A DNA stretch of 64,000 nt from an uncultured virus (IMG/VR IMGVR_UViG_3300042503_001397) (lineage: Duplodnaviria; Heunggongvirae; Uroviricota; Caudoviricetes): IMG/VR virus record IMGVR_UViG_3300042503_001397. One strand, 5' to 3'. The notes beneath the pieces are model-generated. The model had not been told where the DNA came from. It saw nothing but the letters and a program-made list of their open reading frames with translations, and made no database searches. Made by a program: the position numbers and the translations under genes. This document shows, in pieces, positions 17,330-27,144 of this stretch (its first letter is position 1; every line of letters begins with the position of its first letter).

Positions 17330-17608
17330 TTATCTCCAAATTGGTTCGATATGAAGATTCACTTCATATAAATCTTTGTAACCACTTTCACGCGGTTCGA
17401 TGTAGTTAATTCTCCACTGCATCTTTTCAAATTGGAACTTACCTCCCAATGAATAACACGGACCACCCTCAAAATCAAACATAGTAACATCACCCTGTTT
17501 GTTTGTTGATTTACGGATGAATTGTGATTCACCTAATACTCTTACTAAGTTCAAATTGATTCTTTCAATTGAACGGTCTACTCCAAATCTGCTCTTTACG
17601 ATTTCCAT
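17330..17608 (-). CDS. Hypothetical protein
   Basis: Tightly packed ORF, DFEGGP motif. Confidence 0.7.
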   Translation of the reverse strand: MEIVKSRFGVDRSIERINLNLVRVLGESQFIRKSTNKQGDVTMFDFEGGPCYSLGGKFQFEKMQWRINYIEPRESGYKDLYEVNLHIEPIWR

Positions 17609-17617
17609 AACTGTTAG

Positions 17618-17809
17618 TTATTTGTTTTTGTTTATAATTTCGTTTACTAATTGTTTATCTTCTGCTGAAAGGTTAGCGAACCATTCATTCTCCAAACTTG
17701 TCCAGCTTCTACTTTCTTCCATTATTGGTAGGTTGTTTTCATCCGATGGCATTATACCTAAAGTACCAGCCCACACATTAATAGATTCTAATTTTATTAA
17801 ATTTTCCAT
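17618..17809 (-). CDS. Hypothetical protein
   Basis: Tightly packed ORF. Confidence 0.65.
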   Translation of the reverse strand: MENLIKLESINVWAGTLGIMPSDENNLPIMEESRSWTSLENEWFANLSAEDKQLVNEIINKNK

Positions 17810-17819
17810 ACTTGTTTCT

Positions 17820-18311
17820 TTAGAATAAATATTCCAATCCTTTAGTATTCCATCTTTTTAACTGAATATCCATCTCCGATTTGGTAGTACCTTCCTTAAC
17901 TTGCTTTTTATACCACATATACAAGTCCTCCAATGTACCCTTACCTCTCTGTCTTTCCATAGCTTTCTCCCACAAATCCTTACCGAACTCCTTCTTTAGT
18001 TCCATTTGTAGTTTCCATAGGGTCATTTGCTCATTCTTAGCCGCTTCTATCTCCAATTTAAGGGCTTTGATACGTTTCATCCTCCCAGCTTCTAAAGCCG
18101 CTTCTACCCGGTTCTTTTCATCCGTACCACCATAGTTCTTATATGTTTGTTCATATGCCTGTTTAGATGATTCCCTCATCCCAATAGCCTCATTAAACAT
18201 ATACGAATAATCAAAGTCACCATTACGGATTTTTAGTAAAAGGGGAGCGTCAGCATTAAGTGGTTTACTGGGTCTACCCTTAGTCCACCATCTGAATTTA
18301 TTATAAGCCAT
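17820..18311 (-). CDS. Hypothetical protein
   Basis: 163-aa ORF. Confidence 0.75.
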   Translation of the reverse strand: MAYNKFRWWTKGRPSKPLNADAPLLLKIRNGDFDYSYMFNEAIGMRESSKQAYEQTYKNYGGTDEKNRVEAALEAGRMKRIKALKLEIEAAKNEQMTLWKLQMELKKEFGKDLWEKAMERQRGKGTLEDLYMWYKKQVKEGTTKSEMDIQLKRWNTKGLEYLF

Positions 18312-18316
18312 TGTTA

Positions 18317-18706
18317 TTAGTTTACAAGTTCAATTCTGAATGTACCATCCTCATTAAACCAACCCTTTAATTTATATTGTTTATCATTATCACTAGCCGA
18401 TGTCAAATACCCAGTCATATGCGGTCTCTCACCCATCCCCTTATCAAGGATTGTATTGAATTTAATAGTAGTGGTTTTCATAGCACGTTCCGGAGTAAAT
18501 GTATCCGCATCTATCTTAGCATCAAACGAAGCCATACCACTCAATCTCATATGTCCGGCCGCTTGTAACTTACCTAAATAAAATTGGACTTGGTCATCAC
18601 TAACTCCATCTTTCTTAGCTTTAGTCAACATTCTATCACTACGCATCTTTCTTACCCTAGATGATGAATACGCTTTTCTCTTTGTACCTATTAATATATC
18701 TCTCAT
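18317..18706 (-). CDS. Hypothetical protein
   Basis: 129-aa ORF. Confidence 0.7.
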   Translation of the reverse strand: MRDILIGTKRKAYSSSRVRKMRSDRMLTKAKKDGVSDDQVQFYLGKLQAAGHMRLSGMASFDAKIDADTFTPERAMKTTTIKFNTILDKGMGERPHMTGYLTSASDNDKQYKLKGWFNEDGTFRIELVN

Positions 18707-18707
18707 C

Positions 18708-18971
18708 TTATAGTTGTTGAATTTTAGCCATTACATCAGTTACATCTTCCGGTCTTAGATAACCAATTACATCATCGGTAATAGGAGTATCATAACATAT
18801 ATCACCATCTTTGAAAACGGCTAGTTCATATAGTCCCTTACTACCACCATAAGTGTATTCACTTTTAACTACGGATACTTCATACCCATTGTCAAATTGT
18901 GTTCTACTTACAATTCCAAAATCCGCACCCATAGGGTTTGTTTTAAATTCAATGTCTTTAAATGTTTTCAT
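18708..18971 (-). CDS. Conserved small phage protein
   Basis: FDNGYEVSVV..YGG.KGLYELAV..YDTPITDDVIGYL. Confidence 0.75.
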   Translation of the reverse strand: MKTFKDIEFKTNPMGADFGIVSRTQFDNGYEVSVVKSEYTYGGSKGLYELAVFKDGDICYDTPITDDVIGYLRPEDVTDVMAKIQQL

Positions 18972-18988
18972 AACTATCTTTATTTATT

Positions 18989-19020
18989 CAAATATACGAA
19001 ATTATTTCTTATTTACCAAA
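18989..19020 (-). promoter_or_regulatory. Bacteroidota -33/-7 promoter
   Basis: TTTGGT..CGTATATTTG. Confidence 0.75.
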
Positions 19021-19163
19021 TCTTTTTTATCCCTGCCCATAATAATCTTCAATTGAGATTCTTTTAGGAGTGAAACTTTCTCTTTACTTACTGCGGGTTG
19101 TTCGGTTGGTAACTTATAGCTCTTTGCTAATTTCTCCATCCAATCTTTTGTTTGATTACTCAT
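19002..19163 (-). CDS. Hypothetical protein (likely start MSNQTK)
   Basis: ATG at 19163 overlaps the upstream stop. Confidence 0.5.
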   Translation of the reverse strand: MSNQTKDWMEKLAKSYKLPTEQPAVSKEKVSLLKESQLKIIMGRDKKDLVNKK

Positions 19164-19314
19164 ATTTTTTATTTTGTGATTCAAAGAATAAAGGGATTGC
19201 TAAAAACGTATTAGTTACTGCTAACCACGTATCCCCACCCATAAATAATAATGCGGCTGATGCTAGGTGAAACATATAACCATACTTGCCCCAAAATTTC
19301 ATAAACTTATCCAT
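19156..19314 (-). CDS. Small membrane protein, 52 aa
   Basis: Hand-translated MDKFMKFWGKYGY... Confidence 0.5.
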   Translation of the reverse strand: MDKFMKFWGKYGYMFHLASAALLFMGGDTWLAVTNTFLAIPLFFESQNKKYE

Positions 19315-19320
19315 ATTATT

Positions 19321-19947
19321 TTAATTTAAATTGTTCATTTTAATTGCGTGTAAGAATTCCTGTCTTACTAAATTGTCTTTCTCTACAAATGCCCCACTAA
19401 ATTTGTTGGTGGTCATCATACTATCTGGATGTTGTACACCTCTCATACCACAACAAAGGTGATGTCCGCTGATTGATACTGCTACATCATCACATTGTAA
19501 TTTATCAGTAACAAATTTGTGTATCTGAGCAGTTAGGGATTCCTGCATTTGAGGTCTCCTACTGAACCATTCTACAATCCTATTCAATTTACTCAATCCA
19601 ATTACATTATCCTTTGGTATGTAAGCCACAGCTGCATATCCATAGAAAGGTAAGTTATGATGAGCACACATTGAATTAACTTTGATACCAGTCTGAATAA
19701 CTACACCATTATAATTCTCCTCATTTGGGAACACAGTGATATCAGGTTCCTTTGTTATACTACCTTTAATCAAATCATCCAACCAAGCCTTAGCTACTCT
19801 CTTAGGGGTATCTATTGTTTGTACGTCAGCTTCATAATCGAAACCTAATGACTCTAAAAACAGACCATAGTACTTAGCCGCTGATTCCAATCGTTTGTTC
19901 TTTTCGAACTTATCTATTACTTCGTTTCCGTTTGCTTTTTGTAACAT
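19321..19947 (-). CDS. folE: GTP cyclohydrolase I
   Basis: TPKRVAK, SMCAHHNLPF, GLSKLNR, RRPQMQE, HLCCGMRG. Confidence 0.93.
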   Translation of the reverse strand: MLQKANGNEVIDKFEKNKRLESAAKYYGLFLESLGFDYEADVQTIDTPKRVAKAWLDDLIKGSITKEPDITVFPNEENYNGVVIQTGIKVNSMCAHHNLPFYGYAAVAYIPKDNVIGLSKLNRIVEWFSRRPQMQESLTAQIHKFVTDKLQCDDVAVSISGHHLCCGMRGVQHPDSMMTTNKFSGAFVEKDNLVRQEFLHAIKMNNLN

Positions 19948-19969
19948 CTTATTATAATTTCATAGGGTT

Positions 19970-20003
19970 AAAAAAATGGGAGGACCGAAGCCCTCCCTTT
20001 TTG
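19970..20003 (-). terminator. Intrinsic terminator, possibly bidirectional
   Basis: GGGAGGGC-TTCG-GTCCTCCC followed by ATTTTTTT. Confidence 0.85.
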
Positions 20004-20025
20004 TTTGGAGGCTAACCCCTCAACC

Positions 20026-21228
20026 TTACCAAACAATAGTTTCTGAATCTTCTTCGGTTGGTTCGGTGAATAATTTCTCATCAGCCTTCTCATCCTTCAC
20101 ATACTTCTGAACTAATTGCTTCACATAAGTTCTCTCACTATCTGCTCCACCATCGTTACTAAAGAATGGGAAGATACCAATCTCAGCTGCTTCGAACAAA
20201 TTGAATCCATCATACAACAATCCAGCTACCTCAACACTAGCACGAGTTGATACCATCGAACTCAACTTACCATCACCACCTTTACTTACCTCACGAGTGT
20301 GATGAGCGATTTCAGCTACTGCTTTCAAATCATCATCACCCACATTCGGATACATATACTTCAATAATCCAAATTCTTGCTCATCGTTTAACACATCCAT
20401 CTCAATGGTAGTGAAACGGTCCATAATTGCTCTATCGATAACACGCGTTGAGGTATATTCACCCCCGATATTCGCGGTTGCTATAAAGGTCACACCTTCA
20501 GCCACATTCACAATCGGAGAACCCTCAGCCTCATCCAAACGAAGGTAACGTTGTCCCTGGTCTAATACGGTCATTAAGATATTCCACGCATCAGGGTGTG
20601 CTCTACTCAACTCATCCAATAAGATAACAGCGTTCTTAGTGCTGATAGCCTTAACGAATGCTGATTCAGCGAAGAAAGTACCTTTCTTAGAATCAAAGTG
20701 AGTGTTACCAATTAAGGTTGCTCTAGCATCCTGCGTAGCACCTAAGTTAAAGTAATAATCAGGTCTATTCAAACCTTTAGTTAATGCCTTAGCTGCCATT
20801 GTTTTACCACAACCAGCAGGTCCAGTCATCATAATGTTTTTAGCTCTAACTGCTGAACGAATTAAGTATTTCCACTTAAGGTCAGTCATTACGATTGATT
20901 CAGGCTTTAATCCTACCGAATCATTGTGGATGAAGTTTTTGATTTCTTCGTGTGTACCACTTACTTCGTTATTCACTTCGGCGTTACTCTTTAATGGAGC
21001 AACTAAGTCCGAATACTCTTTCATATCTACTAAACGATATGAAATTTTACCACCCTTACCAACTACTTGTCTAAGGGCCTTACCTGTCTCATAAGCTTTC
21101 TTACGAGTACCAGTGTTTATACCATTTGTACCTATAATTGTACCGGCGGTATTCGCCAATTTGAAATGTGAACCTACCATCTCCACTTTGAAGATTTGGT
21201 TACTTACTTTGTCTTTTAACTTTGCCAT
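20026..21228 (-). CDS. MoxR/CbbQ-type AAA+ ATPase
   Basis: GPAGCGKT, ILLDELSR, FIATAN, DRAIMDRF, STR sensor II. Confidence 0.88.
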   Translation of the reverse strand: MAKLKDKVSNQIFKVEMVGSHFKLANTAGTIIGTNGINTGTRKKAYETGKALRQVVGKGGKISYRLVDMKEYSDLVAPLKSNAEVNNEVSGTHEEIKNFIHNDSVGLKPESIVMTDLKWKYLIRSAVRAKNIMMTGPAGCGKTMAAKALTKGLNRPDYYFNLGATQDARATLIGNTHFDSKKGTFFAESAFVKAISTKNAVILLDELSRAHPDAWNILMTVLDQGQRYLRLDEAEGSPIVNVAEGVTFIATANIGGEYTSTRVIDRAIMDRFTTIEMDVLNDEQEFGLLKYMYPNVGDDDLKAVAEIAHHTREVSKGGDGKLSSMVSTRASVEVAGLLYDGFNLFEAAEIGIFPFFSNDGGADSERTYVKQLVQKYVKDEKADEKLFTEPTEEDSETIVW

Positions 21229-21278
21229 AACTTGGGGTTTTTAATGATTATTGTTATATTGTTAATTTCTTTACTTCA

Positions 21279-21310
21279 TAAAGATACGAAAACTATTCCA
21301 TATAAACAAG
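21279..21310 (-). promoter_or_regulatory. Bacteroidota -33/-7 promoter
   Basis: CTTGT..CGTATCTTTA. Confidence 0.65.
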
Positions 21311-21334
21311 TCTTTTTGTATCTTTTTTTAAATA

Positions 21335-21409
21335 TTTTTTACTATAAATCAATGAGTTATAACTGGTTGATTATCAATACCTTATAACTCATTGATTATC
21401 AGTTGATTA
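21335..21409. repeat. Tandem 25-bp palindromes (one half-site, two degenerate full sites)
   Basis: Units at 21335-21359, 21360-21384, 21385-21409. Confidence 0.7.
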
Positions 21410-23563
21410 TGATTCCTTAGCCATAAACAGGCCGTTCATTGTACGAGTAACTTCGTTTACATTGGTTACATTGATATAAGATGCCGCCTTACCATAACAA
21501 TCTTTGAACACCTTACCACTACCAGAACTAGCATCCACATCACCACTATAATCACTCACAAAGTAACTCAATACTTTGATACCCATAGATTGAATCTTTT
21601 CTACCATCTTCTTAGTGTGCTTACTAGCGTAATAACCCTGATAAGAATAACCTCTACCATGAAAGTAAGGTTCACCATCGGATATGTTTAAGAAGTATGA
21701 ATCAATATCATTGGTACTACCTACCATTTGTTTCATCACACCTTCAAATGCCAAACCTTCAGGCGTTGTACCGCCGGGTTGTAAGTATTGGAATAACGTC
21801 TTAACTTTAATGAACTTATCAACTCTACTATCATATGCTACCACAATGTAAGGTAACTCACCAGATGTAGTACGGAAACTGATTTGAATCTCTAAGTTAG
21901 AAATCATATCAACTGCTTTGGCCAATGCCACTACGTTAATCATAGTCTTTCTCCATTTAGTACCACCCATAGAACCAGAGGCATCTACTGAAATATGTAA
22001 GTTAGCTTTCTTATATGCATCAATCTCTTTTGTAAAGAACACATGCTCATTACCAAAACCTAAAGATGAAATCATTCTCTTATCCATTCTACCAACCAAT
22101 TGGCGATTGAAAATTGTTTCTCTACTCTCACTACGAACCTGCAACTTCTTTCCTAAAATAGTACCCAAACGAATACCTTCAGCTACTTCGGTAGCGCAAT
22201 GAGATTGACACTGATGCTCTCCTTCTTTGGCGTTGTATCGTAACGATGCTAATGGGAAATCGTGCGATTCTAATAAGGTTTGTGTCATCTTCTTAACTAC
22301 GATACACTCAATACCTTTCGTTACTACCGTACCATTTGCTAACTCCTGTCCTACTGTCTTTAATTCAGTACCAGATTGGTCAATAGTATCCAATGATTTG
22401 TTTTCCGTTTGAGATACCGAACCTTTCTTCACATCACCTCTTAAGAATTCTTTTTGTTTCTGAATCTTCTTCTTAAGAATTTCCAATTGTCTTTGAGATA
22501 ACTTACCTTCAGCGGGCTTAGCATTCTTACCTTTACCACCCAACATCACTTTAATCTTACCCACTACACCTTTACCTTCTTCAGCTGCTTCGTTATCACC
22601 AGCTGCCTCATCAAAATCCTCACCTTCATCATCCATACCATCACTACCACCATCTTCGTTAATCTCAACTTCGATATCATCTTCACCAGCTTCTTGCTCA
22701 CCCTCACCTGCTTGCGGAGAACCACTACCTTGTCCTTTACCCTTACCTTTAGCTTCGTTCTCAGCTTGTTGAGCTTGTGGGTCAATGTTTTTAAGAATAA
22801 CATCAAAGATATCACAAGCAACTACTAATGCATCATCGGTAGTTTTTAATCGATTGATATCCGATAACTTAGCCAACTTAGTTATTTCACTCAAACCATT
22901 AAGAGCGTTTGCTCTACTGAACTTAGAATGTAAGTTAATCAAACGAAACATATAAGAATCTAATGTTTCTTCACTCATCTCCGTTGAAGTCATACCTTTA
23001 TCAATAGCAGGGTCATTAAAATACTTATCATACATTGAACGATAGTAATCTCTATAACCCGGTGCTCCATCAAATATGAATTGGTCAATACGTCTATCTT
23101 CTACCCAGTTAAGAATATCCTTAATTGTATAGATGATATCGGCAACACCTTTAGCGTTAGCCGTTTCGCTCCACTCTTTTAATTTAGCCGGTCCAACTAC
23201 TTTCTGAATTGATTTGTGCATATCAGATAATAATTCGAAGTTAGATAACTTAATGTGTGAACCTTCGTGCAATGCTAACCCAACCGCCGGGTCAAACTCA
23301 TTTGGTTCAGCCACTTTGGATGAAATTACTACACTTCTACCATCAGTATAGGAATTACCTTTACTATTGAATTTTACAGGAATATTTTTGCCTGTTACGA
23401 TGTTTACGAAATTGGCGATTGCTCTACGATGAGCTGCCATCTTATACAGGTTCTTAGATTTTTCCTGCTTCGATGTGTAGGTAGTAGTATAATCATTGGT
23501 ATCCCAATCACTCATCCACCAAGATGAATTTCCATAACTACTATAACTTTTGTACTTTGACAT
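21407..23563 (-). CDS. VWA-domain protein with N-terminal HEXXH metallopeptidase-like domain (MoxR partner)
   Basis: ALHEGSH, VEDRRID, acidic Gly linker, DASGSM MIDAS, GTTPEG, ISDGEP. Confidence 0.85.
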   Translation of the reverse strand: MSKYKSYSSYGNSSWWMSDWDTNDYTTTYTSKQEKSKNLYKMAAHRRAIANFVNIVTGKNIPVKFNSKGNSYTDGRSVVISSKVAEPNEFDPAVGLALHEGSHIKLSNFELLSDMHKSIQKVVGPAKLKEWSETANAKGVADIIYTIKDILNWVEDRRIDQFIFDGAPGYRDYYRSMYDKYFNDPAIDKGMTSTEMSEETLDSYMFRLINLHSKFSRANALNGLSEITKLAKLSDINRLKTTDDALVVACDIFDVILKNIDPQAQQAENEAKGKGKGQGSGSPQAGEGEQEAGEDDIEVEINEDGGSDGMDDEGEDFDEAAGDNEAAEEGKGVVGKIKVMLGGKGKNAKPAEGKLSQRQLEILKKKIQKQKEFLRGDVKKGSVSQTENKSLDTIDQSGTELKTVGQELANGTVVTKGIECIVVKKMTQTLLESHDFPLASLRYNAKEGEHQCQSHCATEVAEGIRLGTILGKKLQVRSESRETIFNRQLVGRMDKRMISSLGFGNEHVFFTKEIDAYKKANLHISVDASGSMGGTKWRKTMINVVALAKAVDMISNLEIQISFRTTSGELPYIVVAYDSRVDKFIKVKTLFQYLQPGGTTPEGLAFEGVMKQMVGSTNDIDSYFLNISDGEPYFHGRGYSYQGYYASKHTKKMVEKIQSMGIKVLSYFVSDYSGDVDASSGSGKVFKDCYGKAASYINVTNVNEVTRTMNGLFMAKES

Positions 23564-23599
23564 ATAAAGGGGTTTTATTGTTTACTAACTGATTGAATA

Positions 23600-23631
23600 C
23601 AAATATACGAATAATATCCGAAACTACCAAG
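23600..23631 (-). promoter_or_regulatory. Bacteroidota -33/-7 promoter
   Basis: CTTGGT..CGTATATTTG. Confidence 0.75.
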
Positions 23632-23661
23632 CTTTTTTCAAATTATTTTTTGGTTATTTTT

Positions 23662-23750
23662 TAACTCATTGAAAATCAACAAGTTGTGACAAAAATATAA
23701 CCCATTGGGAATCAATGAGTTATAATAAGTTATTGGAAATCAATGAGTTA
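23662..23750. repeat. Three 25-bp palindromes
   Basis: 23662-23686, 23698-23722, 23726-23750. Confidence 0.8.
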
Positions 23751-23756
23751 TACTTT

Positions 23757-23924
23757 TTAATCAACATCATTTTCATCCCAACCGTCCATTGGAAACGTTG
23801 ATTCCATTTCTTGGAATATAAATGTTAGTTCTTTTTGTGCTTCCTCAACTCTATTCCAATCCTCAAATGCGATAGCATCTTCTAACATATCTATAATGTC
23901 TTTAATTTTGTTTTCTACATTCAT
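23757..23924 (-). CDS. Small acidic protein, 55 aa
   Basis: Hand-translated MNVENKIKDIIDMLEDA... Confidence 0.6.
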   Translation of the reverse strand: MNVENKIKDIIDMLEDAIAFEDWNRVEEAQKELTFIFQEMESTFPMDGWDENDVD

Positions 23925-23962
23925 AATGCTTTATATTTTTTATTAAATATAACATTAACGAA

Positions 23963-24778
23963 TTAAACGATAAATTCATCTCTAATCGATACTTTTTTGA
24001 AAGTATATTGTGGGTCTGGGTCTATTTGGTTATACGTGCTTGCTAAAACAGTTTCAAATGGATTTTGCATAAATGCATTATAATGGTCATGCGGACCACC
24101 TTTCCAAGCTCTTGTTATTATCATATAAGTTGGAAAGTATCGTATTTGTAAATTAATCTTATTAAAATGAACTCCTAAAAAATGTTCCGGTGGAAATGCA
24201 TAATGACCTGAATTTAAATATTCCATCATTTGTAAAAATATAAATGAATAGTAATCCATTATCTTAGGCGTACCATATGCAAAGCAATCATTCAATCCAT
24301 CCGAATTTCTAAATACCGGACATGCCATCCATCCCATAGGAACATTCAACATATCATTTTGTATAATCTCAAACTTTTCATCTAATACAGTATCAATCCT
24401 AGCTCTTATTACTAAATCATATTCTATACCTAATTGTTTGGATAACATATTTGCTCTCCAAACTTTATAGTACATAGGTAATTGTCCAAATGCCTTTGCA
24501 GCTTGTTGTAATTGCGGTAATAAAGTTCTAGGTGGTTCTACATGCATAGAAGCTAAATCCTGAGTAGTTGATTTGAATATTTGATAATTCTCAACTTCCA
24601 ATCTCTTTGGTGTATATACCTTTTCAAACTCTTTTATAGTATCTCCATTTTCAGGCATTTCGGTATCCCAAAAAGAAGCATATACATCCATATCATACTT
24701 CTTAATAAGTCCTGTCCAAAATTCTTTGGTTTCATTTAAGTCTCTCAACTGACCAGAAAAGCAAAGTGCTATTTTCAT
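23963..24778 (-). CDS. Putative glycosyltransferase
   Basis: KIALCFSGQLR, YDLVIRARID, NDCFAYG. Confidence 0.6.
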   Translation of the reverse strand: MKIALCFSGQLRDLNETKEFWTGLIKKYDMDVYASFWDTEMPENGDTIKEFEKVYTPKRLEVENYQIFKSTTQDLASMHVEPPRTLLPQLQQAAKAFGQLPMYYKVWRANMLSKQLGIEYDLVIRARIDTVLDEKFEIIQNDMLNVPMGWMACPVFRNSDGLNDCFAYGTPKIMDYYSFIFLQMMEYLNSGHYAFPPEHFLGVHFNKINLQIRYFPTYMIITRAWKGGPHDHYNAFMQNPFETVLASTYNQIDPDPQYTFKKVSIRDEFIV

Positions 24779-25200
24779 TTGTAATTTTTAATTATATCTG
24801 AGCAAATTCCTTTGCATTGAGAAACATCATCATTACTTCTTTCAGGCATTACAGCTATACTTCCTTTAATTGGTTGTTTGCCGGGGTAAGCCCATATATA
24901 ATTTTTTGATGTAAGTGTTACAGTATCTTCTTCGTGCCAAAAATAATGAATTGCGTATTTCTTTAATTCAATGAGTGCATCTAAGTTTTTAGCATGACAC
25001 CACAACTTTTCATTCATTAAAAATTTGTAATCCGTTTTGTATAATGGTTCATCATGTCCTAACATAAATTCACCATCAACAAACCATACATCAACTTCAA
25101 CATCATAACCTAAATTTAATGCCTCATTAATATAATTGGGATGATTTTCTAAGTGTGGTTTCTTACCATCTACATTTCCTCTGTGAGATATTAGTATCAT
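24775..25200 (-). CDS. PLC-like / glycerophosphodiester phosphodiesterase-like protein
   Basis: ISHRGN, EN, VEVDVW, LGHD, WCHAKN, ICSD. Confidence 0.75.
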   Translation of the reverse strand: MILISHRGNVDGKKPHLENHPNYINEALNLGYDVEVDVWFVDGEFMLGHDEPLYKTDYKFLMNEKLWCHAKNLDALIELKKYAIHYFWHEEDTVTLTSKNYIWAYPGKQPIKGSIAVMPERSNDDVSQCKGICSDIIKNYK

Positions 25201-25607
25201 TTGAACCAACCTATTTTCTTACCATTGATTTTTCTTTCCTTCCATTCTTCTTCTGAACCCGGATATCTCCAAGCCCATACTACCCAAAATAACATAAATG
25301 CCCCAATACCAATGAGTGCTGCTGGTTTATGTATTGTAAATAATAGAATGGAATAGCTAACAGCCATAGTAATAGCCATTATCCATTTAACTTTTGTTGG
25401 ATAAATACTTTTTTCCTCCCAACGAATTAAATGCGGTGAGAATGTTGGATGAGTGTGCAACCAATGATTTAACTTTGGTGAACTCTTAGCGAATGCCCAT
25501 GCTGCTAATATAACAAATGTTGTCATAGGGATGCCCGGAACAATAGCTCCAATATACGCACAACCTACAAATAATAGCCCTAAGGCTCTCCATAACCAAA
25601 TTTTCAT
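25197..25607 (-). CDS. YbaN/DUF454 inner membrane protein
   Basis: GAIVPGIPMTTFVILAAWAFAKSSPKL..WL..HP.F. Confidence 0.88.
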   Translation of the reverse strand: MKIWLWRALGLLFVGCAYIGAIVPGIPMTTFVILAAWAFAKSSPKLNHWLHTHPTFSPHLIRWEEKSIYPTKVKWIMAITMAVSYSILLFTIHKPAALIGIGAFMLFWVVWAWRYPGSEEEWKERKINGKKIGWFK

Positions 25608-25618
25608 AACTTCTTATT

Positions 25619-25750
25619 TTAATTAGCTCTACCCTGCCCCTTATACTTCTTAGGTGCTTGGTCTTTTGGACCATATCCTTTCTTACCACCTACTTTGCTC
25701 TTTCTTTTACCGAAAGAAACTTTGTTTGCTGAACCTACTGACTTTGCCAT
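25619..25750 (-). CDS. Small basic protein, 43 aa (MAKSVGS...KKYKGQGRAN)
   Basis: Hand-translated; Lys/Gly-rich. Confidence 0.6.
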   Translation of the reverse strand: MAKSVGSANKVSFGKRKSKVGGKKGYGPKDQAPKKYKGQGRAN

Positions 25751-25787
25751 TTGTTGTTACTGTTTAATGTAAACGTAACGTAACCGG

Positions 25788-26579
25788 TTATAAATGTTTC
25801 TTAAGTTGTCTTGCTCCTAATATCCATTTCTTACCGATTGGATTTTGGATTGGTTTTCTTAAGAAAGCATCTACTTGCTTTTGTACTGATTTAGAAATTG
25901 GGTGATATTCGGTATTATCAACTATAATAAAATTGTTACCAAACATACCCTGAAACTTACCCATATTTTCCTGGCACTTACCCCAAATTTCTCTAACTAA
26001 AGATTCAGGTAAACTTCTACTTCTTTCAGCGTTTCTTTTAATCGCAACCTCCAAAGATGTGTTTACAAATACCATATAACAATCATATCCAAGCTTTTCA
26101 GCTTTGTCCATTTTGTTACGAATCTTAAGAACCTCATCGCCTGTTCCATCGATAATCATTCCTAATCTTCCAGCTTCGTAAAACGCCTGTTGTTTTTGTG
26201 TAATTTCTTTAGAACGATTACGAATTGAATCTCCCGTATCTCCAGCTATATAAGCCCAGAAGTTAGGGTCATTCTTTTCAATATCTGCTAAATCTTTTGG
26301 GTTAATGCCGTTTTTCTTAAGAGCTTGCTCAAATGCTACATCTGAACTAAGTACTTTAAGTCCTCCAGCAGAAACAGAAGCTATATCACTCTTACCAACA
26401 CCAAAAATTTCCTTTGCGGTAAAAGATTTACCACTACCAGGCCCTCCAGCTAAGAATATACATTTAAGTATACCAGGGTCATCAACTCCTTCAGTAATCA
26501 TTTCTACAAATAACTGCTTCTTAAGTTGTTTTAACTCTGTTTCTAATTGCTTTAGTTCTTCCGATAGTAGTTTGCTCAT
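25788..26579 (-). CDS. P-loop kinase (zeta-toxin / AAA_33-like)
   Basis: FLAGGPGSGKS, IIDGTG, MVFVNTSLEVA..RNAER.R. Confidence 0.8.
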   Translation of the reverse strand: MSKLLSEELKQLETELKQLKKQLFVEMITEGVDDPGILKCIFLAGGPGSGKSFTAKEIFGVGKSDIASVSAGGLKVLSSDVAFEQALKKNGINPKDLADIEKNDPNFWAYIAGDTGDSIRNRSKEITQKQQAFYEAGRLGMIIDGTGDEVLKIRNKMDKAEKLGYDCYMVFVNTSLEVAIKRNAERSRSLPESLVREIWGKCQENMGKFQGMFGNNFIIVDNTEYHPISKSVQKQVDAFLRKPIQNPIGKKWILGARQLKKHL

Positions 26580-26581
26580 AA

Positions 26582-26833
26582 TTACTTAGTCTTCTTAGGT
26601 GCTGCTTTCTTTGTAGCTTTCTTTTCAACTACAACCGTCTTTGCAACCTTAGTAGCCTTTTCAGCAACTGCTTTTACTTTCTTAGCAACTTCTTTTACTT
26701 CCTCTACCTTTTCTTCGATAGCATCAGGAATGTTGTTGTTGTTAGCATCTTTAACCTTACCGGTTTTCATAGCGATAAACGTAGCGATACCTGCAACAGC
26801 CAATACCAATACTACAATAGCGAATGTACTCAT
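26582..26833 (-). CDS. Membrane-anchored Lys/Ala-rich protein
   Basis: TM helix, DANNNNIPD, KA-rich tail. Confidence 0.7.
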   Translation of the reverse strand: MSTFAIVVLVLAVAGIATFIAMKTGKVKDANNNNIPDAIEEKVEEVKEVAKKVKAVAEKATKVAKTVVVEKKATKKAAPKKTK

Positions 26834-26886
26834 AATTTTTGTTTTTTAGATTTTATATAAATATAGTGTTTTTTAGTAAACGAATA

Positions 26887-27144
26887 CTAATTTTCCCCAT
26901 ATAGGGAGTATTTGGTAACAGGCTTCTCAACCTGAACCTCTTGTGTGTGGATAACCTCTACTGTCCCTTTTCTAGCAGACAGGAAAAATTCGGTTTGTCC
27001 TGTGTTTTGGAAGTGATATTCCAATGCATCTGTCAAACTATCCAAAGTAACTGATGGAGAACCAACAGGTGACCATCTATCACCCGGTGGGACTCTTTTC
27101 ATTATTACTTCTTTAACTTCTTCGATTTTTGTTTCGATTCCCAT
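26887..27144 (-). CDS. Hypothetical protein
   Basis: Coupled to upstream gene. Confidence 0.7.
   Translation of the reverse strand: MGIETKIEEVKEVIMKRVPPGDRWSPVGSPSVTLDSLTDALEYHFQNTGQTEFFLSARKGTVEVIHTQEVQVEKPVTKYSLYGEN

Noticed and set aside
19321..19947. 7-deazaguanine DNA modification cluster
   Set aside because: folE is alone; no queC/D/E or dpdA in the window
21335..23750. CRISPR mini-arrays
   Set aside because: Repeats abut or are 3-11 nt apart, with no spacers and no cas genes
25788..26579. Zeta-epsilon toxin-antitoxin pair
   Set aside because: No antitoxin-like neighbour; only the general kinase fold is supported
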